From contig RBNJ01000101.1 in NCBI GenBank assembly GCA_003990765.1, positions 1-41,716 of the forward strand: a stretch of DNA of 41,716 bases, in the 5' to 3' direction. The notes beneath the pieces were generated by a model. It saw nothing but the letters and a program-made list of their open reading frames with translations. It was not told the origin of the DNA and did no database searches. Source of the stretch: Jimgerdemannia flammicorona. Its lineage: Eukaryota. The position numbers and the translations under genes were made by a program. Shown piece after piece: positions 23,422 to 35,138 of this stretch (the stretch's first letter is position 1; every line of letters begins with the position of its first letter).

Positions 23422-25496
23422 ATGAGACTCCTCCTCGCCGTCTTCTCGTATATCCTCGTCCTCCAGGCGACGTTCGCCGACGCCCTCCCCCTTAACAGCC
23501 TGATCAAAACTAAGAGCGGTCTGATACAGGGCTTCGTCGACAAAATCACCAACGTCGTCAACTTCCTTGGAATTCCCTATGCAGAGCCACCCATCGGCGC
23601 GCTACGCTTCCAAACCGCCGTGCCTGTCAAGCCTTGGTCAAATGTGTTTAACGCCACGACTTTTGGTCACGCCTCCGTCCAGCTGCCGCTGCCGCCGCTG
23701 AAGGAAGCCATTTTTCATCAGGGTGTTTTACTCGATCAAAGCGAGGACTCACTTAATTTGAATATCTGGACGCCGAATGCCAATAGTAAGAAGCACGCCG
23801 TCATGGTAATCACACATCTCTTCACCTCACATGACAGCTCGTTTGTCGAACTCTTTGAAGTTCCGCAACACCAACTATTCTGTTTTCCATATCGCAGTTG
23901 TATATTCACGGCGGAATGGGTCTCACCGGAGCCGGTTCCTTTCCTTGGCACAATGGGCAAAACGCAGTTTCTCAGGGGGACGTTGTATACGTGACGATAA
24001 ACTATCGCCTCAACGCCTTCGGTTGGATTCATCTCTCTACCGTGGCCCCAAACGACTTCCCAAACACAACCAACCTCGCTATCTCGGATCAGCTGACGGC
24101 GCTGAAATGGGTATACGATAACATCGCACGTGAGAGTTTCTTTCAGCTGAAATGTGTACATCTGCCATGACTTCGATGTAGCATTATTCCTAACGACGCT
24201 TCTCTGCCTGAACCTGTAGAGTTTGGAGGCGATCCCAATAAGATAACTCTCATTGGCCACTCCGCTGGTGCCATGTCGGTCGCAACGCTCCTGTCACTCC
24301 CGGATGCTCGCCCTTACATTCGTCGTGTCATCCTTGAAAGTGTCCCTTGGACGATGCAGACGCCATCAGGTTACAGCAAGGACATAGCGTCGGCTTTCCT
24401 TGGTGCTTTAAACCTGACTGCGGAGACAGCGAAAGCAGTCTATAACCTTGACGTTCAGACCATCCTGGTAAATGTTCAGATGATTACAGATATGAAATGA
24501 TATTGAGGCCGATATTTATATTCCGGGTGGTCATTGCGGATATTACGAGTTGAGCTCTGTATACATGTGACTTTATGCCCGATATTGACGAACCGATTCC
24601 TTTATCCATTCATGTCATTCTCATAGAGCACAACCGAAAGCGTCATGTCGAGCAACACCAACTTCATCGACGGTCTGACCCCCTACGCCCTCACCATTGA
24701 CGGCAAGCAATTCTCCGAAGCATCCCTGCAAGCCCTTGCCAACAACCCACCCCACGGTATCGACATTATGCACGGCATAAACTATGACGAGTTTCATTTC
24801 TGGACACAGACGAGGCCCGGCTTCGCCGACACCACCGAGGAACAAGCGCTCGCCTACTTCGCCCAAGTTTTCGAGCAACCCCAAGACGCGTATAACATTT
24901 TCAAGAACGCCCTCCCAGCAGGCACACCCCCTTACGAGATTGTTAATCGCATGGGAACCGACGTCCTCTTCCGTGCCGGGACATGGCAATTGGTGGAGCA
25001 GCTCGCAGCTGACGGGATCAACGCCTACACTTACCAGTTCAATTACCGCTCTAACGCCTTCAACAACACTCTGGGCGCCTGCCACGAAATTATCTCCCCG
25101 TTCACTCGCGATAACGTGGCCATCTACGAGCAGCTCGGGTCGACTTTGCCAGGGTTTGGTGCTCTGCCCACTCGGGCTGACAAAGAGAAACTAGCGAGGA
25201 ATATGGTGGCGACGTGGACCAGCTTCGCGAAGACGGGCAACCCGAACAACAAGCATATCCCGAAATGGGCGCCGTACGATTCCGACAATCACAATGTGAT
25301 GATGTTTGCCTACAATAGCTCTGGTTATGATATCGGATATGATGTGATGCAGAGCGACCCTGATGCTGTTTTGCGCAACGAATGGAGACGGCAGCTATCC
25401 TACTGGCTGTTGAGTAACTTAGAGAATCTTTATGATTACGAATACACAGATTTTGTAACCACCGCAATAAGCGATGAAGATTGTTACTCATGCTAA
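23422..25496 (+). CDS. Secreted type-B carboxylesterase/lipase (alpha/beta hydrolase); exons 23422-23805, 23898-24129, 24220-24467, 24627-25496
   Basis: Signal peptide MRLLLAVFSYILVLQATFA. Motifs FLGIPYAEPPIGALRF, SEDSLNLNIW, YIHGG, VTINYRL and FGGDPNKITLIGHSAG (nucleophile Ser). GINYDE (acid), GACHE (His) and WTSFAKTGNPN follow. GT-AG introns are in phase. Confidence 0.93.
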
Positions 25497-26584
25497 CGTT
25501 AACGAATTGCTTTAGAAGAATCATTAAAGGAACCATATATATATATATATATATACGCTACAGTTATATGTATATACTTCATTTTCATTCAAAGACAAAT
25601 TGATGAACCAAATTATTGGAGCCTATGAAGGATGAGGGGTTTCGGTGTGCCAAAATTGATCATGGTTGCATGTTTGATTCAAAGAAATCGCCAGAATAGA
25701 TATGTAGCAGTAAATATGTTTTTTTGCCTATCGCATGTATTATTCGGGAAACGAAGCACAAAAAACGGTGCAAGATCATTCATTGGAGGTTATAAATAAG
25801 CACGGCATATGAGTAATGCCAAACCTAGCAACCGACTTCGGTGTTGATAGTCTTTTCGCAAGGAAACTCATGCCGAAAAAGTGCGCAGAGAGAAATCAAG
25901 CCACATGACACGTGTCACCTGTCAACATTAGGGGAAACCCCCTTCAGGTTGTGCTAGACCCTACTGGAATCGGCTCCCTTCTAGCCAAGTTAGGGATCCT
26001 TCGTTAAAATGCCCGACCAATCGAAGGGTTGAAATTATTTCCCTACGAATTGCACATACATTTGAGTCATGGCCTGCGGCAGCGGAAGTAGATACCCTCG
26101 GCTATAAACCCGGCGTTGTGCCGATGTTCGCTCATCTGCAAAGTCCACAGGTAAACGGACTTGCATTGGCTCATGGTTCCGAGGCTAGCTAAGTGATCGA
26201 GCCAATGTGGTGGGGATATTGCCCGGAATTTATGGTGAACAACTCACAAAGTATCTCATTTAAACGGTATTGTACAGCTGGCTGCCAAAGGTGTGGGCTT
26301 ATGGATGGTTAAGTCAATGGCACGTTAATAATTTGCTTGACACGAGGAGACTAACGTTTCCCAAGGTCAACAACTTTAATATACTCTCGTTTGGTAAATT
26401 TGTATTTACAAGGCTCTATTATTATACTATTTGAGCTGCGCATTTGACTCAGTTAACAGCATTGCGTGTTTTTACGCGTTAGCACGCCCGAATAACTTTG
26501 AACCCCCGCGCGACAAGAGTGGTATTTTGTGCAACATTTCGGCCGTGCTGACCGACCGTCTCCTTTACAAGCCTCCGCATCAAC

Positions 26585-27174
26585 ATAGTTAACCTCACCT
26601 TCCTTGCTACCGCTCTGATGAGTACCCTGACTCTGGCTGAGCTCGCCACGGGCGCCCCTGCTGCCTCAAAAGCCACCCTTGGCACATGGGAGAGCCAGGT
26701 CCTGACGTAGACAAACATGCACCGCGCGCATCACAGCGCCTACGCCCAGAATTGGGTCAACGGCTGCAAGTTCCACTACTCCGGAGCCCCATACGGCGAG
26801 AATATCTGGGCCCAGGGTAGCAGTGGCGGCGTCCCCAATCCGCCTGGCAGGCGTTCTCGGCGGCCCTGATGGAGAGGAAATAGGCCATCTCACCGCTCTC
26901 GTCTTAGTGGCCACCACCCAGATCGGTTGCGCAAAGGCCACCTGCCCCAGGGGGACCATCTGGGCAGAGTACGTATATTTAATCTATATTTCTCTTCTTA
27001 TTCCGTCCTTGGATGACACCAGTTATTGACTCGCTACCTTTTTCTTTCTACCGCCATGTATATAGTTGCGATGCAGAATTCGTGTCCTGCAATTACTATG
27101 TTCCCGGTAACATGTGCGGCCCTAACGGCGACGTCAGCTACTTCCAGAAGAATGTGCTTCCTTACCACGATTAG
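26585..27174 (+). pseudogene. Secreted CAP/SCP/PR-1-like protein pseudogene
   Basis: Signal-like N-terminus with ATA in place of ATG and an in-frame TAG at ~26708. Motifs N.HRAHH, YAQNWVNGCKF...YGENIW, GHLTALV...TTQIGCA and CNYYVPGN...YFQKNV. Internal deletions and a frameshift. Confidence 0.85.
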
Positions 27175-28232
27175 AGTAAATAACGAGGTTGATCTCGCCC
27201 ATAGAATTATTCCAGCTGGGCTGGGTTCAGTTTTACTATATCCTAGGTCTATCGATACCCGTGTAAAAAAAAAAAAAAAAAAAAAAATGCGCTTGTGTCC
27301 TCCGTGTAAATCTCAACATTTTCTTTTTTTGATCTCCAATTCTGAAACGCAATTCGAGAACCAACTGGGCAATATATCGACTGTGTGCTATCAAATATAG
27401 CACCTTCTAATGTAGTAGCATCTGAATATTAAGCCAGCGCTTCGTCATGCCGTGAACGAGGACGATCAAACTTGTGATTCGTTAAACATGTTCCGATCGC
27501 TGTTTAGGTCTTCCTATATCCGTTCAAATCATGCTCGTCATATTTGGTGTTGTTGGCATGGTAGGACACGTCCATTGTCATGATCCGCCTTTTTCATGTC
27601 GCGGTGCTGTGTGTACGGGGATAATGCGTTATAGCAAGGGATTAAATATGGGAGGATGGGATAGTATATAATATCTCACCTGCTTCTTGTCAAAATATTT
27701 TTCAACGTATTTCTAAAATGGCGTAGTTTACATGTATTGGGAAACATAAAATACGAACACAGAATCGCGGGCGTTTTACCAATTACCTTTTCTTCGGGGT
27801 AGAAGTGGTAGCGGTAATTAGGATAATACTGGCTGTAATGAAAAATAAAATAGATAAAAATAGTGCTCCATCAATCGCGATCGACTGCATATGCCACCAA
27901 AAAGGGCGCAGGACCACTGCTTACATAAGGATAGGCACTAGGCACTGTTCTCGTAGCCAAAGCCATAGTAGCTCTGGCGGATACAGAGTCAAAGTACGCT
28001 TTGATAAGCATACAAACGTGCAGCCAAAAGTTACGACCTTTACTATGCATGGTCGGACAGTAGGATGTTGGCACCCCGCCAGAAGCCAATAAACGGATCA
28101 AACTTTACCTCGTCATAGGCGTCAGGATAGCCACGCTTGTAAATAGGAATACCTTCTGTCCATGACTCCGGGTGGTTTGTCCTCTTCTATAAATCCGATC
28201 TATTCTATTTACCTCTCCATATCGACGGCCAC

Positions 28233-28705
28233 GATGCCTACCACCTTCCAGTACCTCTGCGGCTTCCACAGCGCGCTCGACGTGGCGACGGGTCTGGGTA
28301 TGATTTTCTTCGTCGACCAGTTGTCGGAGTCCAGCCACGACAAGGAGTTCACGCGTGCCCTGTTCGGGCTCAAGCCCGATAGAAATCCAAGCGAATCGGA
28401 CAAAGTATCGGGATCTCGGGCGAGGGGTACAAGTACATGCGCGCCGCCGAGGCCGTATCTGGTGAGTTGTTGGGAGTATGCAAACAAGGGGGGTCGGTTT
28501 GCTCGGCCTTGCCATTGATTGGAATGCACTCATCTTTTTGCCGATGCCGCTTGCTCCCCCTTGCCAAAGCATCCTATTCGCGAGCGTGGGCACGATGTAA
28601 GCCAGATCGATGACGGGCGCTACAAAGATTCTTCACCAAGGGATTCCTCAGCGTCCATGCCATGTCCTTCGGCATGCCATTTCCCCGCGCCATTTGGTTC
28701 ACGAA
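28233..28705 (+). pseudogene. Probable pseudogene of a small membrane protein
   Basis: GC-rich, codon-biased MPTTFQYLCGFHSALDVATGLGMIFFVDQL... downstream of a TATAAA at ~28188. A later piece QIDDGRY/RFFTKGFLSVHAMSFG needs a frameshift. Confidence 0.45.
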
Positions 28706-29269
28706 CGCGATTTCATCGTAATCGGCATCTCATGCACACTCTGACCGACCGACCGATCCGCCTACTCACAAACTTGGTCTCTTACAGCCTTCCGTATCTT
28801 CCACCAACGCCCACTGAAACTCTTTGGCGACGACTGAAAGAAGCAGGCCGCGCAGGATGTCGTTTTTGGTGGTTTATCAGCAATTTTTTGTCTTTGTCGT
28901 TCTCTCAGAGTTGTACCTTTTCTTAACTTCTACAATCTGGCTCCTATTCATAGCCGTTTTTTGGGGCGCATCCCCCGACTTGAAAATATAAAAAGCTACG
29001 TCGCCGAGTGGGTCGTGATATGATATTAAAGGACCCGAGGAATTTGCATTTCATATTTATGAGGTGTTCCGTAAAGTTTGATGTAATATTAAAGGAAAAC
29101 TCTCGCTACAATGTGAACACGACAGTATTCCCTTAAATTATCATACATTTATTTAATCTTATTTATTTTATTGGAGTTGGGTTTATTACAAAAGTGGAGG
29201 CATTGAAAATAGGCAACACAAACCTGTTGCCAGTTCGGTATATTACAATGCTCGAAATTTCAAGGTCGA

Positions 29270-30099
29270 GTCACCAGCGTCAGGCATTGAGCAGTATGCG
29301 GTATTGCAATAGGGAAAGTGAAGTAATTCAAATAATCTTTCGTCGCTACCTCAATCATTGGTGATGTCTGAATTGGTACACATCCAAAAGTGTTTCCAAA
29401 TTGAAAGTCGACTTGATATACCAGGTTCAATCTGACGAACACCCTGGCAACCGATTGCGCCTTGAGCTGAGGCCGCCGATTCTCGATGTGGGTGGCTGCC
29501 GCTGAGCAGCAGAGACAGCGATGGTCTGTCGTGGATGCCCTCTGAGATCGTGAGGCGTTGGAGTGAACGGGGAAGCCGATTGTCAAACTGGTCGTGAGTC
29601 AGAGGGCATTACCGGCTGGATTGTGCAGTACTTGATTAGGCTGTCAAGTTACAAATCTCACTTGCTCTTATCGTCCCATGTCAAGTAAAACACTCACTGC
29701 CTCACAACAACCTTTCATCCTGCAACACTTTCAAACCGTTTTGGGTAATATCCACAGGCCGCAGCCGTATATACATCGTCATTCTGCATTTAACAATTAT
29801 CTTTCAGCAATTCAATATCGTTCTGCAGTTTAGTGCTGTTTATCGCCATTCCTCAATTCAATGCCTTTCAGCGATTCTGTGGTCGCCATTCTGCACTTCT
29901 GCCATTCTACAGTTCTGCCATTCACATCATTCAGTTTATCAATTCGGGTTTTCGGGTTCGAATTTCAGGTTGACTGGTTAGCTTCAAGTTTGGACTTCAA
30001 GTTTAGGTTCGGGTTGACTGCGAATTCGGACCTATCGGAGCTTTGTAGTTAGTGTGGTAGCGGAAATTTTATTTTCCCAGTCCATATCGTTGAACTCTA
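29270..30099 (-). mobile_element. Probable truncated 5' remnant of a second hAT-like element
   Basis: The minus-strand end TAGAGTTCAAC at 30099 is followed by a cluster of TTCGGGTT-like subterminal repeats (29940-30040). A BED-like SRLSIWKHF...PYCNTAY fragment lies at ~29300-29415. No partner TIR was found. Confidence 0.35.
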
Positions 30100-30124
30100 A
30101 TTATGATATGAAAATACGTAATAT

Positions 30125-30243
30125 TTAGCCACACGACTTTTGACCTGGGCACACAAGGTAAATTACTGCATTACACAATGTAGCAAGCTTCCGCGCATGG
30201 GTCAGATACATTTTCTCCAATCCACCCCAATCTGAATCTGAAT
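30125..30243 (+). repeat. Inverted copy of the kinase 5'-flank element
   Basis: Its reverse complement aligns with 22920-23015, 19935-20015, 31900-31980 and 34315-34410 (GGAGAAAAT...GACCCAT...TGTAATGCAGTAATTTA.CTT.TGCCCA). Confidence 0.85.
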
Positions 30244-30296
30244 CCGTCAAAATAGATAAGTTTGTTGGATACACCTTCACACTATGTAAGCCAACT

Positions 30297-31870
30297 TCAC
30301 AAAGACAGGGCGGCGGCCAAAGAATGCCGAATCGAAGCCGATATATTTGATATACGACTTCGCCGAGTCGAAGCCGATATATTCGATATACGACTTCGCC
30401 GATTCGAAGCCGACACATTCGATACACTGCTAAAGTCTCGCCGGAAAAAATGAAAATATGACGATTGAGCATTGATTTGAACGTGTGGTAAGGAGTTTGA
30501 GGATGCGATAACATTATGCATATGTGCGAAAACATACCTATTGTCCTCTGCGACTCCCAGAAGGCTGAGATTCTTGAGAGAGGCATACGTGTGAAATTCA
30601 CTGCTTGTAGTAGATGCTTCATCAAAGACAAAAGATGTGTTTGTGCTTGAAGCCTTGGATTGAGTAAAATGTAATTGACGTCTCTCATTTATGAATGCTC
30701 TTGTCTTGCGAGACAAAGGTATCGGGGGTACCTTACAATCTAAATCATTCCAAAGGTATACGATTTCATCCCCAGGAGCCGCTCCAAGAAATCGCGTGAG
30801 GGATTCATATAAAACGGTAGCGGAAGGTCGCCTGTCCGGATCAACTTTCCAGCAATTGCGTAATGCCCGTTCAAGCACCATCGGCATCTGCGGTATCATC
30901 TCTTCTCGCAGACAATTATTTGAACTGGCGTTACCACGTGGAGGCACACCAGTCATGAGCTGCCACAGCAAGGTACCAAGACAGTAAACATCAGAGGCTT
31001 GTGTATAGGGTGCGCCGTTGAAGACTTCCGGCGGAAGGTATGCAAGTCGGCCGTACACACCCTCCGAGCCGTGTAGCATGTTGATGGCGCCGCTGAGTCC
31101 GACGTCGATGATGCGTAGCTGGCGCCATTTTCCTCTTGTGACAAGGTTTCCTGGGTGAAGGTCCCCATGGATGACGCCTAGTTTATGCAAAACCATGACG
31201 CTTCGTACCAGTTCGATGGTAGCAGCCATGATTTCTGTCCAGTTCGAGAAATTAAGTGGTTCTTGTTCAACATTCCCATTCGCGCACTCCATGACGAGGA
31301 GATAGTTGTTCGAGGTTGGGTCGGGGTTTGGAGAGAGTCCGATCACAGGCATTGTGATAGCATTGCCAACCGATTTATGTGTATGATATGAGATGTGCGT
31401 TGCCACCATGACCTATACCGTCAAGTAGGAAGGTTCGGGATCAATAATGAGATACAATGCACGTATGAATATTGGAGAGAAAATCTTGAATCTTGCCGTC
31501 AACTCACCTCGTGGGCCATACTGACATCAATAATTTTCAATGCATATTTCCGTCTAACGATGGTTTTCTCACGTCGAATGGTATAAACGGTTGGAAAGGC
31601 AAAGCCGGTCGGCCACTCGACGATCCCGGTGTATACGGTCGAGTATCCGCCCTTCCCCAAAACCTTCAGGTTACCACTGAATCTTTCAATCGGTATCCAC
31701 ACAAGGTACTCGAGGAGCTCGGGAATATCCAACCTTGCCAGGTGGAAGCGCAGTTGCTCGTCGTTGCTTGGAAAGTTGAGTTTGTTGGCTTGTATCACCA
31801 AAGTTCGCTCTTGGGCGACGACGCCTTTCGAAAAGAGTTGTTTAAACGTTTGGAGCTTGTCGGCGTTCAT
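30297..31870 (-). CDS. TKL-like protein kinase, paralog 3 (exons 31870-31508, 31412-30538, 30429-30297)
   Basis: Same motif set (GKGGYSTVY, YALK, HGDLHPGN, DVGLS, YLPPE). Reading frame is intact. Confidence 0.9.
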
Positions 31871-31974
31871 GATTAAGAGTTGGTTAAGATTCACATTCGA
31901 TGGATTAAAGAAAATATGTCCGACCCATGTGTAGTAGCTTATTACATTATGTAATACAATAATTTATCTTATGC

Positions 31975-32470
31975 CCAAGTTTGTATACCTCAAAGATCAT
32001 GTGTGTATTGTAATTAAGTATCACTGGGCTGGGTTAGATCAGCCCAACAGACCGTGACGACTTTTATCCAATACGGAAACAGGGGGAAGAAAGAACCGTA
32101 ACTCTCGACACACACCACCAACCATCAGCGTATTCCCCTATTCCTTGTTATCCATTCTCCGCGCCCCAGTATCCTCGAGGTTTACCAGATGCGCCATGCG
32201 CAGATAAAATGGTAGGAGGCAAACATGTGGGCTAGCAACGTATTTTTTGGCGGGCCCGGACGGAGAGATCAAAATAGTGGAGGTTGTGGGAGCCGAGATG
32301 GGTTTAATGGAAGGGGTTTGTATCATAGGATGGTATGACGAATAGATCGTTTTACACAATGCAATAATCAGTTTCTGAACTGGCCAGAGAAAATGCCGAT
32401 CCATCAAACAAAATTATGGAGGAAAAATGGGGTTCGTATTGCTCCGCCATATACTGATGTCGACCAATGC
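31975..32470. repeat. Duplicated intergenic spacer (homologous to ~20010-20565)
   Basis: Shared blocks such as ACTCTCGACACACACCACCAACCATCAGCGTATTCCCCTATTCCTTGTTATCCATTCT and GATAAAATGGTAGGAGGCAAACATGTGGG. Confidence 0.85.
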
Positions 32471-32733
32471 GATCCATATTATATCAAGCGAATTAAGATG
32501 TGACTCGTTCTTGCCTGACGTTAAAGTTACACAAAGGAATATTCTAACGAATAAATATAAATATTTGTTTTATTGTCGAAAGGGACGCCCTGCATGACAA
32601 ATCTTTCGAAAGTTGGGAGTCCCATACAAACTGACGGTACAATTGCTGCATGGTACAAGTTGGCTTAATATTGGGATATTCCGTCAAAATAGATAAGTTT
32701 GTTGGATGCACCTTCACATTATGTAAGCCAACT

Positions 32734-34303
32734 TCACAAAGACAGGGCGGCGGCCAAAGAACGCCGAATCGAAGCCGATATATTTGATACACGACTTCGC
32801 TGAGTCGAAGCCGATATATTTGATACACGACTTCGCCGATTCGAAGCCGACACATTCGATACACTACTAAAGTCTCGCCGGCAAAAATGAAAATATGACG
32901 AGCATTGGTTTGAGCGTGTGATAAGGAGTTTGAAGATGACATAAACATTATGCATATGTGCGAAAACATACCTATTGTCCTCTGCGACTCCCAGAAGACT
33001 GAGATTCCTGAGAGAGGCATATGTGTGAAATTCACTGCTTGTGGTAGATGCTTCACCAAAGACAAACGATGTGTTTGTGCTTGAAACCTTGGATTGAGCA
33101 AAATGTAATTGACGTCTCTCATTTATGAATGCTCTTGTCTTGCGAGACAAAGGTATCATAGGTGCTCTATATTCTAGATCAGACCAAAGGTATATAATTT
33201 CAGCTTCGGGAATATTTCCAAGATCTCGCGTGAGGGATTCAAATAAAACGGTAGCGGAAGGTCGCCTGTCCGGATCAACTTTCCAGCAATTGCGTAATGC
33301 CCGCTCAAGCGCCACTGGCATCTGCGGTATCATCTCTTCTCGCAGACAATTATTTGAACTGGCAATACCCCGTGGAGGCGCACCGGTTACGAGTTGCCAC
33401 AGCAGGGTGCCAAGACAGTAAATATCAGAGGCTTGTGTATAAGGCACCCCGTTGAAGACTTCCGGCGGAAGGTATGCAAGCCGGCCGTAGACACCCTCCG
33501 AGCCGTGTATCACGTTGATGGCACCGCTGAGTCCGACGTCAATGATGCGTAGCTGGCGCCATTTTCCTCTTGTGACAAGGTTTCCTGGGTGAAGGTCCCC
33601 ATGGATGACGCCTAGTTTATGCAAAACCATGATGCTTCGTGCCAGTTCGATCGCAGCAGCCATGATTTCGGTCCAGTTCGAGAAATCTAGTGGTTCTTGT
33701 TCAACATTCCCACTCGCGCACTCCATGACGAGGAGATAGTCGTTCGAGGTTGGGTCGGGATTTGGAGAGAGTCCGATAACTGGCATTGTGATAGCACCGC
33801 CAACGGTTGTTATGGTATGATATGAGATGTGCGTTGCCACCATCAGCTATATCGACAAGTAGAAATGTTCGGAATCAATTATGAGATACAATGTAAGCAT
33901 GAATGTTGGAGAGAAAACTAGGATCTTGCCATCTGCTCACCTCGTGGGCCATACTGATATCAATCATTTTCAATGCATATTTCCGTCTAACGATGGCTTT
34001 CTTACGTCGAATGGTATGAATGGTTGGAAAGGCAAAGCCGGTCGGCCACTCGACGATCCCCGTGTATACAGTCGAGTATCCGCCTTTCCCCAATACTTTC
34101 AGGTTGCCACTGAATCTTTCAATCGGTATCCACACAAGGAACTCGAGGAGCTCGGGAACACCCAACTTTGCTAGGTGGAAACTCAATTGCTCGTCGTTGC
34201 TCGGAAAGTTGAGTTTGTTGGCTTGTATCATTAAAGCTCGCCCTTGGGCGACGACGCCTTTCGCAAAGAGTTGTTTAAGCGTTTGGAGTTTGTCGTGGTT
34301 CAT
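32734..34303 (-). CDS. TKL-like protein kinase, paralog 4 (exons 34303-33941, 33846-32972, 32866-32734)
   Basis: Same motif set and intron positions. Reading frame is intact. Confidence 0.9.
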
Positions 34304-35138
34304 GATTAAGAGTTGGTTCAGATTCTGATTCAGTGGACTGGAGAAACCCTCTCCAGCATATTAATTATGTAATATAGTAATTTATCTTGTGCCCAGGTCA
34401 AGGATCATGTGCCCCAATTTGTGCTATTTAACAGACCGCAGATGGACTGGTGCAGAAAATCGATCTTCAAATATAGTTATTTTCCCTAACAAATAATTAC
34501 TCTCCGTCACCCATCTTTACCTCAGTGCTTTGGTCAGCTCGGCGATACCACCTTCCAACTTGGGGCTTGGCCCTTGGGAATCTGTAAATAGCTGAGGCGT
34601 AATTGTGGCGTGTCGGTCTATAACTACTTTAGGCCTGGGTTGATGTAATGGAATGATGTAACAATTCCAAAACCTACGTGGTCTGGTGATAGTCCTGCAG
34701 CGCATCGGGGCCTTCTTAGCTGCCAAGAACCTATAAACCGTTGCACAACGGTTCAAAAAAATCCTTCCAAGACCAAATTGAAAGCAATATACGAAGTTTA
34801 TTTGGAAATTCCTTTTGAGATTCGAAAGATTCATTGAATGAAGAAATTAATGAAGCTATGAATATGCCCAGTGGGTTATGTACAAATTCTGTATAGTCTA
34901 TCCAATACGACAATCTGTGAGGTGTACGATACGGATATTGGCCGAATGTAATTGGACAAAAAACTGAGTGCGTATTAACGGAATCGAGGACTGAAAAACT
35001 GTTGACTGTGTATTGTTCCGTTTTTCATACTCTTCCCGTCGTAATCACTCCTGCACACACACCGCACCCGTTTCCCACGTTGTATCAACACGACTTCCCT
35101 CTCACCCTCCAATCCCCTAAAACGTGCGGATCCACTCC

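Noticed and set aside
34517-34913. Possible gene fragment downstream of the elongase
   Set aside because: No recognisable motif or splice model.
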